Below are positions 12,201-28,300 of a DNA stretch of 64,000 nucleotides, piece after piece (position 1 is the stretch's first letter; the number at the start of each line of letters is the position of its first letter). The notes beneath the pieces are model-generated. The model saw nothing but the letters and a program-made list of their open reading frames with translations, made no database searches and was not told the origin of the DNA. A program made the position numbers and the translations under genes. Origin of the DNA: Nitrospirales bacterium (GTDB taxonomy: Bacteria; Nitrospirota; Nitrospiria; Nitrospirales; UBA8639); NCBI GenBank assembly GCA_965203295.1, contig CBDBCZ010000019.1, positions 64,001 to 128,000 of the forward strand, given 5' to 3'.

Positions 12201-12443
12201 TTGAATGAACCAGTTGGCGTCTTAGTTGATTCCAATACCGGCTATTTGCTGGTCACAGAGCTTAAGAGTCATCAGGTATCGGTTTTCACAAGGAGCGGTG
12301 AGTTTGTTTACTCTTTTGGCGATAGGCAAGCGCATGCACAGTTTCGTACGCCGATGAGTGTTGCTACCCTTGGAGACTCGCACATTATTGTCACCGACTG
12401 TAAGAGTGGGTGTTTGAAGATATTTCGTAGCCTTGACATTTAG
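9206..12443 (+). CDS. TRIM-NHL E3 ubiquitin ligase, copy B, ~790 aa; exons 9206-9280, 10146-12443
   Basis: Same two-exon structure and domains as copy A; about 94% amino-acid identity by my count. Confidence 0.93.
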
Positions 12444-13430
12444 ATTATTGCAATTACCTGTTATAGTGTTAACATTATTGTCACCGACTGTAAAGTTGGT
12501 GTTTGAAGATATTTTGTAGCCTTGACATTAATTTTACTGTTTTTATAGTGTTAACTTAGCTACTGTTTGTTTTGCTGAAAGTTTTTGATTGAATGTCATT
12601 GTTCTTGCCTGACACCAGAATGTTCTAAAGCTATGTACCAGTATAATATTATTGTTTGTATGTGGAGTGTCTGGGCTGGTGTCATCTGTAATAATATTTA
12701 TAATTAGTCACATCCTGTATGATTAGTTGTTGTTTCCTGCATAATTAGCCACATCCTGTATTGTTTCCTGTACATGCCTTTCGCTTCTGTAGTGTACTTG
12801 TATGTACTTGGTTTTCTCAGAGCCCCCCGCTGCCTGTGAGGCCCTTTTGTGTTCTATAGACTTCCTTGTTCTTTTTTTGTCCTGTTCCCTTTTTTAACCT
12901 TGTGTTTTGTACTTGTCGTTCGGTTGGTATTTTCCAGAAAGTATTTTTTCATTCTGCGAGTCCGCTCTAGTATCGTTCCTCAGAGTAGATACATACGTAT
13001 CTTACATCATCCCTACATAGAGTCGTTACTCCCTGATACGGACATGGACATTGTTGTAGATCTACAGGCAGGGTTACGTTAATCGCTACGTTCTATATTA
13101 AAACGATGTCATTCAAGGTACATTTATTGCATGTGCACACTGTACATGAATTGCCATCAATTCAGATGGTAAATTAAATAATATAATAAATTTTACATGT
13201 ACTACAACAGGAATAGTAATTCCGTAGCTGGCATATACAGTGATAATGTACAGTGTGTGAGTAGCTTAGAGCTTTACCACACACTTCAGACATTCGGAAC
13301 TTGAGCAAAGAAAGAGATAGCATGCCAGGAACAGTGCATGCTCGGCGAGGAGAGTAAGAGAAGAAGAAATAAACATCAGCTGTACAAAATAATAAGTGGC
13401 GGACGTGTCATGCGATGGGATCACATGACA

Positions 13431-17680
<4,250 letters not shown>

Positions 17681-18071
17681 CTTGCCACCGGAAAAACAAA
17701 CAAAAGTACAAAAATCCGAGAGAAAAAAAAGAATTGAGTCCAGAAAGAAGGATGAAAATATTTACATCAGATTCCCCCTGCTTTTTTTTTACAGAACTGA
17801 GGGGTTAGAATTAATAAATATATGAAAATCTTTGGCGCTAAGCTGCCTTTCTTTTCTATGTACAGTTCAGATAATAAGGGAAGTGGGGGGCACTAAATAG
17901 AGAGCAGCACTTACCCCATACTATGATAATAGGACTAAAAATCTAAATTCACTTCTAAATGAAAAAGAGAATAAAAGAGTGTGTAGTAGTTCTATCACGC
18001 TCTCTCTCTCTCTGCGATTTTCTCCTAGCGAGCTCTTGCCAACAGGCGACGTGGTGGGTGGGGACGTTGGT

Positions 18072-18125
18072 TCAATCGTGCTGTGCCTGGCACCAATCTC
18101 CGCAGCTTCCCTTCAGAAACTCCAT
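18072..18125 (-). promoter_or_regulatory. Upstream ORF in the PTP4A leader: MEFLKGSCGDWCQAQHD*
   Basis: ATG at 18125 and TGA at 18074-18072, 27 nt after a pyrimidine-rich acceptor (ctcgcag| at 18153-18154) and ~390 nt upstream of the PRL ATG. CQAQH resembles the conserved vertebrate PTP4A uORF peptide as I recall it. Confidence 0.75.
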
Positions 18126-19616
18126 AAACGTCTGGCCAAAACCGCAGAATACCTGCGAGGGGTGAGAGAGGGAACTACTTGAAGCTATACAGGGCTTGGG
18201 GACCCAACGTGATTTCCACGCAATTACGTTTACTTTTGAAACCCTGCTCATTGGATGAGGTGAGATGAAATAGAGGAGGATAGTAGTGGCTTCCTCGTCG
18301 TCGGACCCCACACTCATTCTAAAAGATGCCTTGGGAAAGCCAGTCAACCAAAAATCCTGAATAAATTCCTGCTGCTATATATGTCCAGCTGTGATTAAGA
18401 ACTTGGTCATACCCCACTCCAAATACTGGGACAATAAACACAAACCGATTCAGGTATGTAAATTCACCCCTGACTTTGAGGTTGGAACGGGTACTACTTC
18501 TATAGAGTCGGAAATTTCTCAAGGACAGCCACATAAAAAAATTATCTCAATCTTAGGCAAAATAAGAGCAGCTAGAAAAACAAGTCTGACATTTCATGTC
18601 TAAAAAAACAGCCGGACGCCTTTCCCGTACAATACACACAACTCAGCTTAGGCCAAGTTATTAAACTACAGCTGTAGAGCCAGAGATACAATAGTCCTAG
18701 AGCGGTACAGCGAAAGTGCTGACTCAGCAGTTTCGTCATGCGCCTCCAGTTAGTAGCTATATGCCAAGAAACCAGGATCTTTACAGCTACATACCACGTT
18801 TTCGCCATCTAGGCAACACGAAACTACCTTCATTTGCTGTAGCTTGGCCTGCAAACCTCCAAAAGCTGCTGTACACTGCAGTTGCATAGTAACGTATGAC
18901 GTAATATATTGCGCACATGATAAGTGCGGACGCACAGACAAACAAACAAATGCGGAAAACGTAAAGCAATCTTAGTACCAGCCGCTCCGCGCGCTCCGGC
19001 TGGTAAAAACAAACTACATGTACATATAACTTGCGTATTTCAATTTGTGAGTCCAAAAAAGGGCACAAGCACAAAAAATGGGTCGGAACTTTCGAGCTAA
19101 CCTCACCTTATACGGACATGTATACTTACTGGCTACAAGTCAGGGTATTGTACAGCTAAATACTCGACACAAGCGGTGCTATTGTTGGCATAACAGTGCT
19201 GTAGAACAACCGAATGGAGAGGTGAGTTGTCTGGCTGGCCAAGGCAATCAAAGCTGTGAATTATTGGATGCAGTAAGTGGAAATTATTGAACCAGAATGA
19301 ATGTAGGGGGTATTCTACCTTCAGACGTACACCCCAGAGGCAAATTCCTGATGCATGTACCTCCATTGAGCGGGGTATGTAGGACCACTTTCATAGAATT
19401 ATACAAGTAGTACTAGAAGTCAAAACCTTGAAACCTCCATTGAGTAGTACCACTTTCAGAGCCTATACTCTCGAGCAATTTTATCAAAAACCCAGTTGCC
19501 TTTTATAATACAATTGCTTTTGATGCCAATGGGACTGAATGGTGGGGAAAATGGGGTTTATGCAGATGAGACAAAATGAGCTACTTGGGAAAGATATGGA
19601 ACAAACCACCTTGAGG

Positions 19617-19912
19617 GGAACCTTCAAAATTTCAAGAGCACCTTCCCCTTTAAAAAATCCTACTTCCTTGGAATGTATGCTTAATCTCTGCTTTTCTGAC
19701 TAGAGAGAGAAGTTGATGCTCTTCTTGAGGTTGAAATATTAAGGAATCTCTGAACTTTATTATTGGAACTTTCAAAATTTCAAGAGCACCTTCCCCTTTA
19801 AAAAATCCTACTTCCTTGGAATGTATGCTTAATCTCTGCTTTTCTGACTAGAGAGAGAAGTTGATTCTCTTCTTGAGGTTGAAATATTAAGGAATCTCTG
19901 AACTTTATTATT
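19617..19912. repeat. Direct tandem duplication, 2 x ~148 bp
   Basis: ggaa-c(c/t)ttcaaaatttcaagagcacc...gaactttattatt repeated at 19617 and 19765. Confidence 0.85.
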
Positions 19913-20013
19913 AAAAGTAGACAGAAGCTGCTACTAAAGCAAACGGTTTAGCGACTCAGATATCAGAACGCAGCACACAGCGTAGCAGAGCACACACAGA
20001 GAGCTGACTCTGA

Positions 20014-20141
<128 letters not shown>

Positions 20142-21887
20142 CCCCTAGGTACTCGGAGTGTGAGAGAGAGAGAGAGAGAGGTCCCCTAGGTACTCGGAGT
20201 GTGTGCTTCATACTACTAAAAGTAGACAAACTACAGTGAAAGGCCTAATGACTCTGATGAGACAGCTACACTGACCATTGAGTGCCAGCAATGTTGACTC
20301 TGATGGGGCGGTCATACACGTATGTACTACTCATTGAGTGTCAGCATGATGTAATGTAGAACCCACTTACAATGTACAGTCACACAGGAGCAAGTCACAC
20401 ACACTGTTGACGTTCCCCAGGGAACAAGCACTCTAGATATAACACCTGAAACTGCAGCCTTAGGTTGAGTAGACATTGAGTGTGACCACCTTGCAGTGTG
20501 TGTGTTACCTCACTTACATGAGCCAGCACAGCAAATCAAGAGCTACACTACTACAAGCACTGTAAGTTGGTCGCACTCACTGGCCACTCAACCTAGGCTG
20601 CAGTTCGATGTCTGCCCTAAAGAAGACTGTAGCCCAGCAGTCGAAACTTCGGCATTTGATGAGAGTTTTGCGAAGCCAATTCGCGGTTGGTAGAAAGTAA
20701 ATCCCGATCAATACGAGACTACAGTTTTTACTGGGAGAATCCTGTGATCAAGACCTCTACAATTTCTAATACTGACCACTGCCGTGAAGTAACCCCCTGA
20801 AATATGTATAAACCCACCTCGTTTCCATAGTTACTTTTCACCTATAATCAATCTGCTTATAAGTCAATACTGGTCTTTAAGTAACTAATTAAGTCTAGGT
20901 GGGCTCATTTTACAGTCTGTGGTTCCCACAAGTCCCTTTCAAGGGTCTATTGGCCCTAAGGAGATAGCTAACCTCAGGAATGTCCTCACTAAACAGACAC
21001 ACACACACACACTCTTATTCACGCCAGGATCAGCAGTCACCCAAGTATGCAATTTTCTGACACTACATCCCTTCTCCTTTACCAATAAGGCCTTCTAATG
21101 TCTCCCCCACTCCAGTATTCATTGCATGGGACAGGAAATAGCCTCCACAGGTGTGAGGCAGATAAGGGCCCCCACCTACTGATAAATCCCTTCTCTCCAG
21201 TTTCCTAGCCAGAGGGCTAATGGAAGACCACTGAACTACACACACACATCCTGTAGCCTGACAAAAATCTACTGCCCCTTTTTTCATACACATCCTGTGA
21301 CAGTCATTGCAAGGGTCCACTTTTTCCTATGAAGACAGGAACCCATTGTACTTGAGTCAAAAAAAACAAACAATGTATCATACGATATGCCTAGTCTCTC
21401 CAGTTTTTCTTCATATACCCAAGCGTTCGCCGCCTTCGGCGGCTCGATGCGCCCTTGGTATACCTCAAAACAGTTTGCAGGTGCTGTTTGCATACATACT
21501 ATCAAGCTGAGATATTTCTCACATAATCTACAAAAGCAATCTACACCCTACTCCATGTAACTCGCTCAGAACCAGGCGAAATACATAATCACCATACAAG
21601 TACGCTGCCAGTAGCCCATAGTTCGGGGCGCGTGGCTTCACAGTAGTTAGCTACATCGCCACTCCCGTACCGCCCCCTAAAGTCATATGCTGCCGCAAAA
21701 AAATACGGATCACAGAAGCGATTAAACACAGCCGCAGCTGCCATAAAATAAATCGATAACCCAATCGAATCCACACAGCAGCTAGCTACAGTCACAGGTA
21801 ACAATTAAATCACCCCCCGAATGTTCAAAATTGCGTCAATCAATCTACATAGAGGCTAGAGGTTTTACGCTACAGACGGTAACTCAC

Positions 21888-22314
21888 ACTTCTGATTCTT
21901 GTCATGGATGAACGGCGTCTTGAGTTAGGAGCCAGCAAACACAGCTGAAGTGAAAGAGAAGGAAGCGTGGCCACTGTGTACGCATACGGGGGAAGCACGA
22001 ATACCGAATGAGCTCAGACTTTTTTTGCGAGTTGTCAGACTGGTTTATTTGTCGCCATGCACGCGGTATTCTCGTGTACAGACCACGCCTCTCCGAAGCT
22101 AGGGGTCGAGCCAGCCACGTAATTTTTTTGTTATATTGACGCTTTTTTTACGGGTAATATTGTAAATATTTTGATTCTGTCCGATTAATATACACAAATA
22201 TATTTCGGGCTATTGCACAACTAGTCTCGTGCCCAGCCGGAAATTTCGACTGAAATTTCCGGCTGGGAACGAGACTATTGCACAACTGACCTGGGAACGG
22301 GACACGAGACAGGA
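21888..22314. promoter_or_regulatory. Probable divergent promoter of PTP4A (putative first exon ending at 21888, - strand) and PSMF1
   Basis: CpG-rich. Minus-strand consensus donor gtgagt at 21887-21882 and a pyrimidine-rich initiator-like run at ~21950-21965. PSMF1 ATG at 22315. Confidence 0.5.
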
Positions 22315-25300
22315 ATGGCCGAGTCTCTGGACTCCCTCTTGGAAAAAGCCTTGGCCGAATCGGGCGCGCGGTCGGGGCAGGATGCATTAGTGGTCGCTCT
22401 TCACGCCAGCCTCTTGTCCGAAGGCTTCGTGTGCGCGGCCCTCGGAGATGAGGTATGGTGGGCAATAATTGGGAGACATGCCAACTCAGCAATTATAGCA
22501 TAAAACAGTTGGCTTTGGTTCTTGCAGCCAATTTAGTAATCAACACATCACTCTATTAATTAATTCCCCGCGAAATGGTAACCCTCCTCCCCTATGGGGG
22601 GCACTAGCCTGTATCTTGATACTGAGATGTATAACGCAGCTAGCGCTACGTACTGTAGACTCGGGTTATCAGGCGTACTTGTTATGTAAGCGCATATAAT
22701 TATACACTATCAGGCGCTTGCTTGCTTCTTGGCCCAAAGCCGTAGCTCTAAACCCTAACTGTTGATAAGTGGTATTATTTATGCAACACAAGCCTTTGGA
22801 GGTTATCTGATGTACTCTATTCACTAGCCTGTATCTCGATACTGACGCAACACAGCTAGCTCGAATCCCTTCTGCCGGACCAATAGCCACTTTTATTATT
22901 TAATATTAAAATTGGAGTACCGTATTCGCTCTTATTAATACGCCACTAAAAATTAATTATTTATCGCTAGTGGCGCTCTTTTAGAGAGAAAAATACACGA
23001 ACTTCATGAAATGGCGCCCTCTTAGTGCTCAAATTGTAGACTGATCACTCTATTCTTTTCATTCTACCGGTCCTTAAACTTCTACGTTATGTGGCATTTA
23101 CAACGCGCCACCTAAATAATAATCTATTGGCGCTATATTAGAGAGGGAAAAAAAATTATTACGACGATTAGCTCATTAATTAGAGTGGTGCGTTAATAAG
23201 AGCGGATACGGTACATGCACGCTATTATGTCAATCAGGTTTCCAGGCCTAATTACTTAACGCCCTGTTCCCTTAGAGCTTTGGCAAGGACTCTACCCCTG
23301 GCCCCGCCCTCTCCTCCCCCTCCTCCCCACGGCTGCCCCCGGACTGGAACTCTGCGCACGATGTCTACACTCTACAGTACAGACACGAGAGATTTCGGCA
23401 GGTGTTTCTGGTGAAAGTTATACCCTTGGGAGAACAGCTTCTGATCAATGCTGTGGTATGTCTCAGTGGTATTATTCATGCAACATAAGCCCTTGGAGGT
23501 TAATTATCTGATGTACCCAGCTTATATAGTATCAGAGGTTAATAGCCTGAGGATATTTCAGCAGACCATGCAAATTGAGGCAATTGTGGATTGTTGAATA
23601 GATCTGAGAGGCTGCTGTGTCAGATTTGAACTCTATATAGACCCATTACCATTATTAAATTTAATAATGAAGACAAAAACATGCATGTTTCCATGTAAAT
23701 TTCCATTTAGTGCCTACTTTTACCCTCATTACATCATATTGGTAAAGAGTCTATTAAGGTCTTTTTGCTAGTTCAAGGCAAGACTCGCGCTCCTACAATA
23801 GTTCAAGGCAAGACTCACGCTCCTACAATAGTTCAAGGCAAGACTCTCGCTCCTACAATAGTTCAAGGCAAGACTCGCGCTCCTACAATAGTTCAAGGCA
23901 AGACTCGCGCTCCTACAATAGTTCAAGGCAAGACTTGCGCTCCTACAATAGTTCAAGGCAAGACTCGCGCTCCTACAATAGTTCAAGGCAAGACTCGCGC
24001 TTCTACAATAGTTCAAGGCAAGACTCGCGCTCCTACAATAGTTCAAGGCAAGACTCGCGCTCCTACAATAGTTCAAGGCAAGACTCGCGCTCGTACAATA
24101 GTTCAAGGCAAGACTCGCGCTCCTACAATAGTTCAAGGCAAGACTCGCGCTCGTACAATAGTTCAAGGCAAGACTCGCGCTCCTACAATAGTTCAAGGCA
24201 AGACTCGCGCTCCTACAATAGTACAAAAGCTATGTGACTGGTGAATACCTACAGCCAGGAGCGCATGAACCACGCGACGCTCATGGGCTCCTGCTACGTA
24301 CAGCTCATCTGTATAGCCTCGAGCCCAGGCCTTTCTCGACCAGGGCAGTCTTGGAGTAAAAATTCTTTCCCCAAAAATTCTTTCCCCAAGGCTACGAGAT
24401 AAAATCTTGGCAAGGAAGCTAGAACCCAGGCTAGCTAATTTGTGCGCTGGTGCTAACATGAGAGCGTTTTTGTGGCATGAAGGCATCCCTTTGATGGTGG
24501 ATTAGAACATGACTGTAAAACATGTGGAGACTTTTGTAGTGGTTTTTTAGCCTCGTTCCCAGGCCCGCGACTTTTTCGGTTGCACGAAGGAAAGTCTTTC
24601 GTGTAACCGAAAATGGCGCGGGCCTGGGAACGAGGCTAGTGGTTTTCCATTAAAGTAGTCACGGTTTGTTGCCATAACTAACAAATAACAAGTCCCGATC
24701 GCTAAAATAATGTTTCGATAAATCCTCATCATGTCACCCAGTTAATTGGCCAATTTGTCCCCATGCTTTGATTTTTCAGTGTAGGTTATTTGGTACCCCA
24801 GCTGCCGATATCTCACAAAATATATTGACAGCTAGCTTGCTCCAGGCATACAATGAAACTGTGGTGATTTCCATCCCATGTATACAAATATTTGGCACCT
24901 CTGTGGAATAAGTTTCACTGGTGCACGGCTGAGTATAATTGAATTAATGCAGACACGAATTAATGCAGACAGTATACACATAATAGTGCTTGGTGATGAC
25001 TATAGCCTCATGCCCAGGCTCCTTGCATACGTGGGAGAGAAGTTTCCACGCGGGTTAGAATGGGGGTGGGGTAGGATTGATTGCAGCTGATGACACGGTA
25101 CCAACTGTTAATTCTGTACGTACGTCATGTACCATGTAAGATTATATACGTCTACCTATATACAGTGACTGAAACGAGAGTTGTGTGCTTTTGCCAATTA
25201 TACAGCTACAAAGAGTACTTTATGAGTGTATGAGCCCGAGGGAGGGGGGGGAGGAGGATGTGCATATGCAGTCTCTCACCCAGCCGTCCCAGCTGTTGAG

Positions 25301-28300
25301 TCATGAGTACTTATACAGCTATAGCAAAGAGTACTTTGTTACTAGATCTGAGTCGCGGCCCGGGGGGAGGGGAGGGGAGGAGGGCATACATGCAGTCTCT
25401 TACCCAGCCGTCCCAGCTGTTGAGTCATGAGTACAATGTAGGATTATACCAGCAGGGGTTAGTGGTTGAAAGACATCAAATGGTGGTTTAATGATTGACC
25501 TACAAAAGAAGAGTAACTTATCCCGTCTAGACGCATTACCTCAGGAATGCTTGTTTTACTGTAGGGAACTCTCCTGGGTATAATTCCATGGATGAATGGA
25601 TGAATTATTTTACAGCTGCTGTATGTTATTACTCTAAACAGTGTTCCTTGTTTGGAACTGACCTGACCAGTTGGTGGTTCTTGAGCTACTGGGTTATTTT
25701 TAAACAGCAGCTGTATAGTGTCACCAGGTTATTTTTAGACAGCAGCCATATATATATCCTAATTGTATAGCAACACTTAGCTAAAAAGTAAAAATACATC
25801 AATTGTAGTCTGTGTGGCTTTAGGAACAAGCAGATATTTGTGGTGACCATTCAACTGCCACCATTGGCCCTGATTCTTGTTTGTTCAACGAAAGGGTCTA
25901 GATCAGTGGTCGTGAGTGTCTAGGTGTGAGTGTCTGGCACGTGTAAGTGTTTGGCATGAGACCTTGTGTAAGTGTGATACTGCCGGAGTACGAATGCCTG
26001 AACACGACACTGCCTGGGTATGAGACTGGTGTGGTATGGGTACCTGGGTATGAGACTGGTGTGGTATGGGTACCTGGGTATGAGACCGGTGTGGTATGGG
26101 TACCTGGGTATGGGACTAGTGTGGTATGGGTACCTGGGTATGAGACCGGTGTGGTATGGGTACCTGGGTATGAGACCGGTGTGGTATAGGTATCTGGGTA
26201 TGAGAGCGGTGTGTTATGGGTACCTGGGTATGAGACCGGTGTGGTATGGGTACCTGGGTATGAGACCGGTGTGGTATGGGTACCTGGGTATGAGACCGGT
26301 ACCTGGGTGTGAGATTGGTGTGGTATGGGTACCTAGGTATGAGACCGATGTGGTATAGGTATCTGGGTATGAGAGCGGTGTGGTATGGGTACCTGGGTAT
26401 GAAACCGGTGTGGTATGGGTACCTGGGTATGAGACTGGTGTGGTATGGATACCTGGGTATGGGACTGGTGTAGTATGGGTACCTGGGTATGGGACTGGTG
26501 TGGTATGGGTACCTGGGTATGAGACCGGTGTGGTATGGGTACCTGGGTATGAGACCGGTACCTGGGTGTGAGATTGGTGTGGTATGGGTACCTGGGTATG
26601 AGACTGGTGTGGTATGGGTACCTGGGTATGAGACTGGCTAAAACTGCAGGCCCATTCTATCCTGACCCTGCCTCTACCTCTGCAGGCTGCAGGAGAGGGA
26701 GAGACGGTGCACTCCACCACCCTGGAGGTCTCCAAGTTTATCAGGGATGCAGCGGAATCGGAGTTCAAATCACAGAGGTTAATAGTATGTACAGCTAGCC
26801 TCATTCCCAGGCCATATTGAGATGAACCGATACACACTCCAAGCCAGTAGTTCTCAGAGCCAAAAATAAGGCTTTGGGTTTGGCTGGCCGAGCTGAAATT
26901 TTGATTGGCCATCCGTACAATTTGTTGCAATCATGGCCAAATTATTGTAGAAAAATGCACGAAAATAGCCAGTGGCCAGCTGCTATTTTGAGCTCTGTAT
27001 TCTCATCTTCTTCCCTCTGTTTCAGCTGAATATTCTCATCTTCTTCCCTCTGTTTTATCTGATTATTCTCATCTTCTCCCCTCTGTTTCAGCGTGTTCAC
27101 CAATCTGCTGCAGCTGGTGTCCACCCTCAACAAAGAGATTGTCTCGAAACTGACAGCAAGGTGAGTGAGTGGCTCCGTATAGGGACTTTTCCAAACCACA
27201 CCCCCTCCATTACATTGTCTCCCAGCATTTTGATCTATTCTCTGCTCCAGGTCAACTAAGGCGGCCTCTGCAGACTCGTCGTCTCGCAGGCAGAAACCAG
27301 ACAGAGCCCCCCTAGCAGATGACCCCCTCAGAGTTGGCCCCCCGAGACACCCCAGGGGGCCCATTAGAGATCCAGACCCCCTGTGAGTGGTTTTGATTAG
27401 AGAATTTACCCCACCCAAATACCCCCGGGGGTCACACAATGGACCCATTAGAGACCCAGACCCCCTATGAGAGATTTTGAAGAGAAAATGTACAGTTAAT
27501 TGGACATTAGGGCAGGGCTTTCAATTTGACCCCGGGGGGGGGGGGGGGGCACTGCAGGGAAATATTCCAGATCCAGATCCCCTGCAAGTAGTGAGTAGTT
27601 TGGATAAACATAGCGGCTCCACACGTATTTCAGAGGCCTGCACGTATAATACTCGAGACCCTAATAGCCCAATTTCAGTGTGTTCGTACCAGAGTTTTCA
27701 AATAGCCTAATTTCTGAGAGCCCTGTTGCTGGAAGACTTGCACATTTCTCTTGCTCCTCTTTCAGGGCAGAGCCAGGGCCGTTTGGCATCGGAGATGGCG
27801 ACAGGTTGCCGTTTGGGTGAGTCTGTCAGCTGTTCTCATAGCCAGGTCTGTGCTCCACCGTATGAGATATGGAGTATGGAGTATGGAGACCTGGGTACGA
27901 GACTAACCTTCATCTTAAGCTGATACGTAGCCAAAAAAATATTATGTCATGAAGTGGGGAGATCTTACAAGCTCCGCCTGCGTATGTGGGTGCGTGGTCG
28001 ATGGCGTAAGCGCTACAGCAGCAACATGAGTATATTATTATGTTATGAAGTAGTACTGTTCAGCTCTGCTATTTACCAGCAACTCTCCCTCTTTCCTTCT
28101 TTCTTTCTTTCTCCCTCTCTCTCCCCCTCATCCTCCCATCCCCCCTTGCAGTGCTGGGGGAAGCAGTGGAATGATTTTCGACCCCCTGAGACAGGGGGGC
28201 AGGCCAGGGGGAGGTTTCCCCGGGTCCGGCCCCCTGGGACCATTTCCGCCAAGGTATTAAATCCAGTATAGTACCTATCAGGAGGTCCTCACTATGCTAT

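Noticed and set aside
23765..24244. 159-aa repetitive ORF (TIVQGKTRAP)n and overlapping frames
   Set aside because: By-product of a 30-bp minisatellite in PSMF1 intron 2; no splice signals or ATG context.
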